This document shows positions 57,070 through 64,000 of a DNA stretch of 64,000 bases, in pieces; positions within the stretch are counted from its first letter, which is position 1, and each line of letters starts with the position of its first letter. A program made the position numbers and the translations under genes. The notes under the pieces were generated by a model. The model worked only from the letters and a program-made list of their open reading frames with translations. It did not search any database and was not told the origin of the DNA. Source of the DNA: Cladosporium halotolerans (taxonomy: Eukaryota); NCBI RefSeq assembly GCF_011745625.1, contig NW_027191453.1, forward strand, positions 434,001-498,000, in the 5' to 3' direction.

Positions 57070-57817
57070 GTAGGTTTTCTTTTGGGACGAGAGGGCAGAG
57101 AGGGTATGGCGAGGGATCGGAAGACCTTTTGTTTTTTTTTTGGGGTTTGCTTGTTTGTCTGCATAGAGGACTGGGAACGGGAGACTGGGACAATGGAGGT
57201 CGGAGCGGGGCTGGAGCCAGCCTGACTACAGCAAGATGGTGGATTTCACAAACACACGCGCGCGCTTAATGGGTCGGAAGAGGGAGGGGAAGATGGAGAG
57301 GTTTAATACGCCCGCTGGTCATCGCGACATCTACACGACACCGTCGCTTTGACCAAGCTACAAGATCGAGAAAGACGAAACAGAGAAAGAGCGGAGCAGA
57401 GGCGGAGGGACATTGTCATTCGAATGCCGCAAGCACACAGTCCGAGCGGCTGGCTTTACGACTGCCTTTTCATAGCGGCTGCGGGGCGAGAGATGGATAC
57501 TCTTCGGTCAGCGTCGTCGTTGTCGCGCTCTTGGATTACTGCCGTCATGAGCGAGACCGGCTGGCTGGCTAGGTTTGGGAGGATTGGGTTATTACTGTTG
57601 TTTCATTTTTCCTCGATTGAGTTCTCTCGCGCGGAGATATACGTGTATTCACTCGTCCGTCCATCCATCCACCTTTCACGCCCCTCGTTCCTTCCTCTCT
57701 TGACAATCTCTCGTCCCTGGAACTGCAACATGGGGTATCGTCGTTATCGCGTGCGTGTACAATAAGGAAAGTAGAAAAAAGGACACCTCCCCGCCCATCG
57801 TGAAACACCAACAATCC

Positions 57818-60800
57818 TCAACCCTCCTCCTCACCCTCCCTCAATCTCACCAAAACACCCTCCAACCTCGCCGTAAACCCTCCCTCCTCCGTCCCCTCCT
57901 CCTGCACATCCACACTGCGATGATGCCTCACGAACTCCTCGACCGCCTCAACCAGCACCCCCAGCTTCCCGCCGGGCAGCAGTCCCCGCACAACACCCCG
58001 CGGCCCTTCATCCTGGCACACATTCGCAAGCAGGATCGCCACGTAGCCCAGCGCGACGTTCGCCGTGGTGCCCTCGACGGACTCGGCGTCGAGCGCGCGC
58101 TGCTGCGCGCTGTGGAAGGTGCGCACGAGAGTTTGCAGCAAAGGCAGCGAGCGCGGGGCGGCGGCTTGTGCGCGCGCCGGGGGCTGGTGCTCGGTGAGGT
58201 TGATGAGGGTGCCGATGGCGAGGACGAGGAGGTCGAGGTTGAGGGCTGGGTCGATTGAGGGGGAGCCGGCGTAGAGGTTTTGGAAGCCGTGGGCGACGTC
58301 TGCGAGGAGGTGGTGGACTGCGGAGGTGGCGGGGGAGGTGAATGGGGACAGGTCGAGGGAAGTGTCGTTGGTGAGATTGGCGCAGAGGCGGTAGGCGAGC
58401 CATTTAGTGTGCTGCGGGGCGGCGGGCCAGGTTTCGGCGAAGGCGGTGGGCAGGCTGGCGATTGCGCTGATTGTCGTGGCGGGCCAGTTGCTGGTTTCGG
58501 AGAGGGTTTTGAGCGCTTCGAGGATGGAGATGGCGAGTTGGGCTTCACAGGCTCGGGCTGGGTCGTTCTCAAGGTCGGTGAACCCGCGCTGTGGCAATAG
58601 CATGGCGACAGCCTCTGAGCTCAGCAAGTCCGATTTGTTGCCTGTCTTCCGTAGCTTTCTCACAGCCAGATCGATCGCTTTGAGCGCAATGATGCGACTT
58701 GAGGATGCTGGCGGATGAGCATCGCCCCATAGAGACTCCAGCGTTCTCACCTTCTCAGCCAGAGCGACCACGTCTGCCTGCGCTGATTTGGACATGTTGC
58801 TACGGCGTTCCTTGACGACCCTTGCGATGTCTAAAGGATCAGCTAGCAGCCTGCTAAAGCACGGAAGAGCTTCCTCGAAAGACCCTATCCTATGATCCGG
58901 GACGTCTGAGTGAAGCACAAGCAGCAGACTTGTGGCGAGAAGGAAATCAGCTGCTGGATCCGAAGGCACCTTGCTTTCTGACAAAAGCGTCTTCTCAAAC
59001 CCGTGACCTGTGACTTGTTCGGCAAATGCCTTGTCCGTGAGCTTGGACGTCAAATCGAGAAGCGCGCCTCTCCTCCTGCTCTTTGCAGTTGCTGCATGAT
59101 CCGCAATCTCGCCCATCAAGTCTTCGATTTCGCCCATCACTCGTGTGTTGCGGCCACCAGCGCGGAGCTCATGAATGGTCCGCAAGCCTCCACTAGCACC
59201 TTCATCGACATCGTCGAGGTCGAATGTAGTAGACGGTGTCATCTGACCAGGCCTGCCAGTTCGCCTAGCTGATGCAGAAGGACGCTCTAACGCGTCCATT
59301 GGTGTATCGAACATCAGCGCGCTTTCCAGGTTGTCGTCCGCCAAATGGGAGCGTTGCTTTGCATATGTGATCAAAGATCCGCTTGATATGGGCTTTGTCT
59401 GACGTTCCTGGCTCATGCTCGGTTGCGACAGATTCTCGGGTGCCAGAACGGCTTCAGTGTTTGACGGCACCTCTTCAGGCTTGGTTAGGGACATGCTTGG
59501 ACGTTCGTCTGACGCAGTCTCGTCTTCGCTCTCGCTGCTGTCTTCTTCGCTTGTGTTGGTGGCCGATGCTTTCAAACGATCTACTACCCTTGTCCGCTTC
59601 GTTGGCACATCAGAGCTCGACCTCTGGAGCATCTTGTGAGCAGCCCGATTTGGTCGCCGCTGAGGCTTGTCCTCGCTGATGCTTAGCTTTTTCATATTAG
59701 TATTTGGAGCGGCGGCGGGCTCAAAGAAGTCCGCCCAGAGCTGAGTCTGTTTGGGCGTCAGAGCGCCAGCCTCTTGCCCATGAGAGGCGCTGTTACGCCC
59801 TGAAGGTGGCGTAGACGGGGCTCTTTTCGCATTGGCCATGGCGATGTTCCGTGGTGTTATTGGATCGTGAGGTGGTGCGGAGTCGGTCATAGGAATATCG
59901 TCCTCGTCTTCGTCGGGCAGCATGTCTTGCAAGCGAGAAGGAGCGGAGAGACCTTTCTGAGGCGTGACTTTACGTAGTGTCCCTGGCCTGCGCGATTTCA
60001 GCCGGCTGCTAGCGATTTGCTTGATTGGGGGCTTCGTGGGTTTCAGAGCGTCGTCATCCATGGGCACATCGAAAATATCACCATTGTCTGTCGAATCCTT
60101 TTGCTCTGTAGTCCCAGACGACTCGCCGCTGACAACCGCGTCGGAGGCTGGATCAGCCGTGGCAGAGCGTTCCGAAGGTGATTCTGGCTGAGGTGTAACG
60201 CGTCTGCGCTTGCTCTGCGAGGTTTCTCGCACACTCGTCTTCGAGACCGAACGCTTGGGGTAGCCCTTGACGACCTCTCCATTCCCATCGGCATCACTTT
60301 GACTGTTGGCCTGTGCCTGACGGCGGCGCGCAGCCAGTTTCTCCATTGCAGTCATTCCCTTGGTAGCCTTCCGTGGTTCGTGATCGCTGTCCGCTTCATG
60401 TTGACCGTTTGCATCCGCTTTCCCCGGGCTGTTGCTATCGGGCTGAATGCGGTCCGGCTCTTCTTCGATATTCTCTGAGGCCAACTTCTTTCCATTGCGG
60501 TTCACAAGATTCGCACTGGAAAGCGCACCCTTCCTGGCGGCTCTCTTCTCCCAGGGCGCCAACTGTTCTGTCTCTTCCTTGGGCTCGTCGACTAACCGAC
60601 TCTTGATTCTTTGCTTGGGTGGCAGTGGAATCTGCGCATAAACCTCCTCCCCTTCTTCTTCATCCGAGGGAACGTCGAAAGGATCCTTGGAGCGTGCTGG
60701 TGTCTCTTTGGGCTTGACGAGCGATCCCGGCTTCTTCGTTGGCGAGGCTAGTTTCGCAACTGGCGGTGGGCTTGAAGCTTTCGATTTGCGCATTGGTAAG

Positions 60801-60961
60801 GTTGTGGGTGGTTTCTGTGAGTCGCGTGCGACCGAACCGGAACTGCTCTCATCGTCTTCGAAGAAACCAGCGTTGGCTGGGCTGTACGCTTTGCGACTGC
60901 TCTTGCCATAGACTTGTTGCTTCTTGCGACGCGGTAGAGGTGTGGACGCGACGAAGGCCAT
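57818..60961 (-). CDS. WPL1: Cohesin release factor Wapl (Wpl1/Rad61)
   Basis: 1047 aa; long disordered N-terminus starting with a YGK motif, then LRTIHELRAGG and helical WAPL domain (LCANLTN, LAIGTLINLTEH, LGYVAILLANVC). Confidence 0.82.
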   Translation of the reverse strand: MAFVASTPLPRRKKQQVYGKSSRKAYSPANAGFFEDDESSSGSVARDSQKPPTTLPMRKSKASSPPPVAKLASPTKKPGSLVKPKETPARSKDPFDVPSDEEEGEEVYAQIPLPPKQRIKSRLVDEPKEETEQLAPWEKRAARKGALSSANLVNRNGKKLASENIEEEPDRIQPDSNSPGKADANGQHEADSDHEPRKATKGMTAMEKLAARRRQAQANSQSDADGNGEVVKGYPKRSVSKTSVRETSQSKRRRVTPQPESPSERSATADPASDAVVSGESSGTTEQKDSTDNGDIFDVPMDDDALKPTKPPIKQIASSRLKSRRPGTLRKVTPQKGLSAPSRLQDMLPDEDEDDIPMTDSAPPHDPITPRNIAMANAKRAPSTPPSGRNSASHGQEAGALTPKQTQLWADFFEPAAAPNTNMKKLSISEDKPQRRPNRAAHKMLQRSSSDVPTKRTRVVDRLKASATNTSEEDSSESEDETASDERPSMSLTKPEEVPSNTEAVLAPENLSQPSMSQERQTKPISSGSLITYAKQRSHLADDNLESALMFDTPMDALERPSASARRTGRPGQMTPSTTFDLDDVDEGASGGLRTIHELRAGGRNTRVMGEIEDLMGEIADHAATAKSRRRGALLDLTSKLTDKAFAEQVTGHGFEKTLLSESKVPSDPAADFLLATSLLLVLHSDVPDHRIGSFEEALPCFSRLLADPLDIARVVKERRSNMSKSAQADVVALAEKVRTLESLWGDAHPPASSSRIIALKAIDLAVRKLRKTGNKSDLLSSEAVAMLLPQRGFTDLENDPARACEAQLAISILEALKTLSETSNWPATTISAIASLPTAFAETWPAAPQHTKWLAYRLCANLTNDTSLDLSPFTSPATSAVHHLLADVAHGFQNLYAGSPSIDPALNLDLLVLAIGTLINLTEHQPPARAQAAAPRSLPLLQTLVRTFHSAQQRALDAESVEGTTANVALGYVAILLANVCQDEGPRGVVRGLLPGGKLGVLVEAVEEFVRHHRSVDVQEEGTEEGGFTARLEGVLVRLREGEEEG

Positions 60962-61045
60962 GGTGTCGGCGGCTCAGTGGGATATGGGAGGAAGCATTGG
61001 ACGATGCAGGAAGTACAAGAAAGTTTCAGTATAGTTGCGACAAGA

Positions 61046-61230
61046 TTGCGAACGCGCGAAGGGCTTGGTTCAGTGTTGACATGTGATCAGCGTTTTGAGG
61101 GATGTCCCAAAAGAGGTGACCGAGCACTCTGGTTGCGGCTCGCGTCGATTTTGAGGCCTGCAGCTGAACCGCTACTTGCTCCTCTGTGGCGACACGGCTT
61201 GTACAATTCTTGCGACGCGCAATACGCGCA
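61046..61230. promoter_or_regulatory. Cluster of MCB-like ACGCG elements upstream of WAPL
   Basis: AACGCGCGAA (~61051), TCGCGTC (~61140), GACGCGC and TACGCGC (~61214-61229) within 300 bp of the ATG. Confidence 0.35.
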
Positions 61231-62569
61231 GTGAGGTGAGGGCAGTAACGAGAAAGTGAAGAGCCAGAAGATCTCAGGGAAACAGGGAAACAGTGGCGCG
61301 GCCTGACTTGCGCGCAGGGCAATCGCCGGCAATCGCCGAAGGCTCATGGTGCGGGCCGACGGCTGACCCCCCGCATGTTTAATGGGATGACGATTGCACG
61401 TGGCTCTCGTAAACATGAGACTCCTTCAGCATAGCTGTATGAACTAAGGTGAAAACAGAACCTGGTCAGACAGTGCGTCTAGTCACAAGGATCATTGGAA
61501 TTGCCATGATACAGATGATCTGAATTATGAAGTTTTGCCTACATGAAGCGCTGTTGCTCCAATCAGTGCCTCACCCTGTCCGTCAACCTTTGGGTCCATG
61601 CCAGTAAATCGTACTCGCCAGCAGGCTATTTCTCAAAGTACGGCGTTCCGGTAAATGTAACATAAGAGCAAGATAACAGGCCTGGGCCATCCGTGAACAC
61701 GATCGAGTCCTCTCGAGGCAAGCTGCCACCAGAAACCCCTTCAAGATGCATAAACATTGCAGTTCTGTTGGGCGAGGCAGTAGACAGTTCCGCATCGCCA
61801 TTAGATATAAAGTTAGAGGAACTAAGAAGCTGTGCCTTGCAGTGGAACACTGTAATTTGACAGCCACGTTGGACCACACGCTTTCACCCACACTCCTCTA
61901 TTGAAAGTGTTACAGTGTTACGAGGGGTCGTCCATAAGGAACAGGAGCTGAAGTGGCAATTTAAAGAGAATTGTGTTGGTAAAAATGGCGGATTCGAGAA
62001 GTAAAAATGTATTCATGGTAAGCTGTGTGAGTCGCTGTTGCATCCATGGGGAGATGCGTGGTTGCTGTATAGTTTGTGTCAACATGTACGCGTCTAGATC
62101 TACTCCACAAGTCATATTTTCACCTTTTCGTCAGACTCTGAGTAAAGGGCTAGCGATAGCACGCACCTTGAGAGCTGTGAATAGCTGCTAGGACACAGCC
62201 AGCTCGTCTGGTAGGGAAACTGATAAAGTAAATTCATGGTCTCCATCGGCGCTCGCCTACCTAAGCTCTGCCGAACAGGGTCAGGTCCAGCCGGGTCGGC
62301 GCGTGGCTGATGCGGGGTCCAAGGGCGCGGGCGAGCCCTGAGAGCCTCGAAGCTCGAGTCGCGTGCGCTCGCCGGCCTCCAAACGCTGATAAAGTGATAA
62401 AGACTCTTATCTGCTTCTTGAATTACCTGATTCACTTGTCCTCACGCGAACACAATCACTCGCCGACGCTATAAATTCCTCCACGCCTGACTCTTCCTCC
62501 ACACCCTACCGCAAGCTCTCCGAGTTACGCAGAGCAAAATCCACCAAAAAACCCTCCATCTCCGCAGCC

Positions 62570-63509
<940 letters not shown>

Positions 63510-64000
63510 TCGAATGTCCGCACGAACGAAGAAAGTCACGAGCTTCAGGCCTCGAAAAGGCAAGGCTACCCGAGAGTTCTGGGTCACACCGTGCGGCACG
63601 GGGCGCCTGCATTAAGTATCAATACTTCCTAGGTACATCAGCAGAAACATGCTGGCAGGTCGCTCCCGTACTGTAGTAGACCACTAGCCTCGATTTCTAT
63701 TGGAGGAAAGACGTACACCTCCGCGTGAAGATCCAGCCAACTGTCTTAGCTGAGGAGATCGTCGGCCGTGATCTCGGAGTAAGCAAGACGTCTTTCACGT
63801 TGGGAAGCGAGTTGATGCAACTCGCTCAACGATCGGGGCTGTCCATAGAAGTCGTTCTGCATGTAGAGTATAGTCTGCGAACTCGTTGAAAATCACGTGC
63901 ATCGATCAAAATAACATCGTTAAATTTCCGTAGACCGTCGAAAATGACCAAGCCTGACCGTGAATGTACCTAATGTACGCTTCACATGGGCGTGTGCCGC

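Noticed and set aside
63660..64000. Possible 3' end of a minus-strand gene at the window edge
   Set aside because: All frames are interrupted by stops within short distances; no recognisable protein.

Overview
Gene-dense 64 kb window of a filamentous ascomycete (Pezizomycotina; short GT-AG introns with CTRAY branch points; Dothideomycete-like by impression only). About 30 protein-coding genes and one intron-containing tRNA-Glu(CTC). Most are housekeeping: BDP1 (3' part), V-ATPase subunit f, AP-2 mu, PEX3, peptidyl-tRNA hydrolase, YTP1-like, SWI5/SAE3, YOP1, an RFX factor, a Spo12-family gene missed by the ORF track, CBF5, a ZUP1/Mug105-like peptidase, COQ8, HSP60, URG1/URC1-like cyclohydrolase, ELF1, Rheb, WAPL and UPRTase. 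The most notable accessory element is a compact module of a second-type P450 reductase, a Zn2Cys6 regulator and a P450 (11.7-18.1 kb), with a flavin-reductase-like gene nearby. Other observations: a secreted protein with three PAN/Apple-like domains and a KKDD repeat; loose linkage of URG1 and UPRTase; recurrent C/A-rich to G/T-rich skew switches independent of gene direction; a structured CBF5 intron; FarA/B-type CCGAGG sites upstream of PEX3. No transposon, CRISPR or rRNA was recognised. All calls come from reading motifs by eye; no database searches were run.
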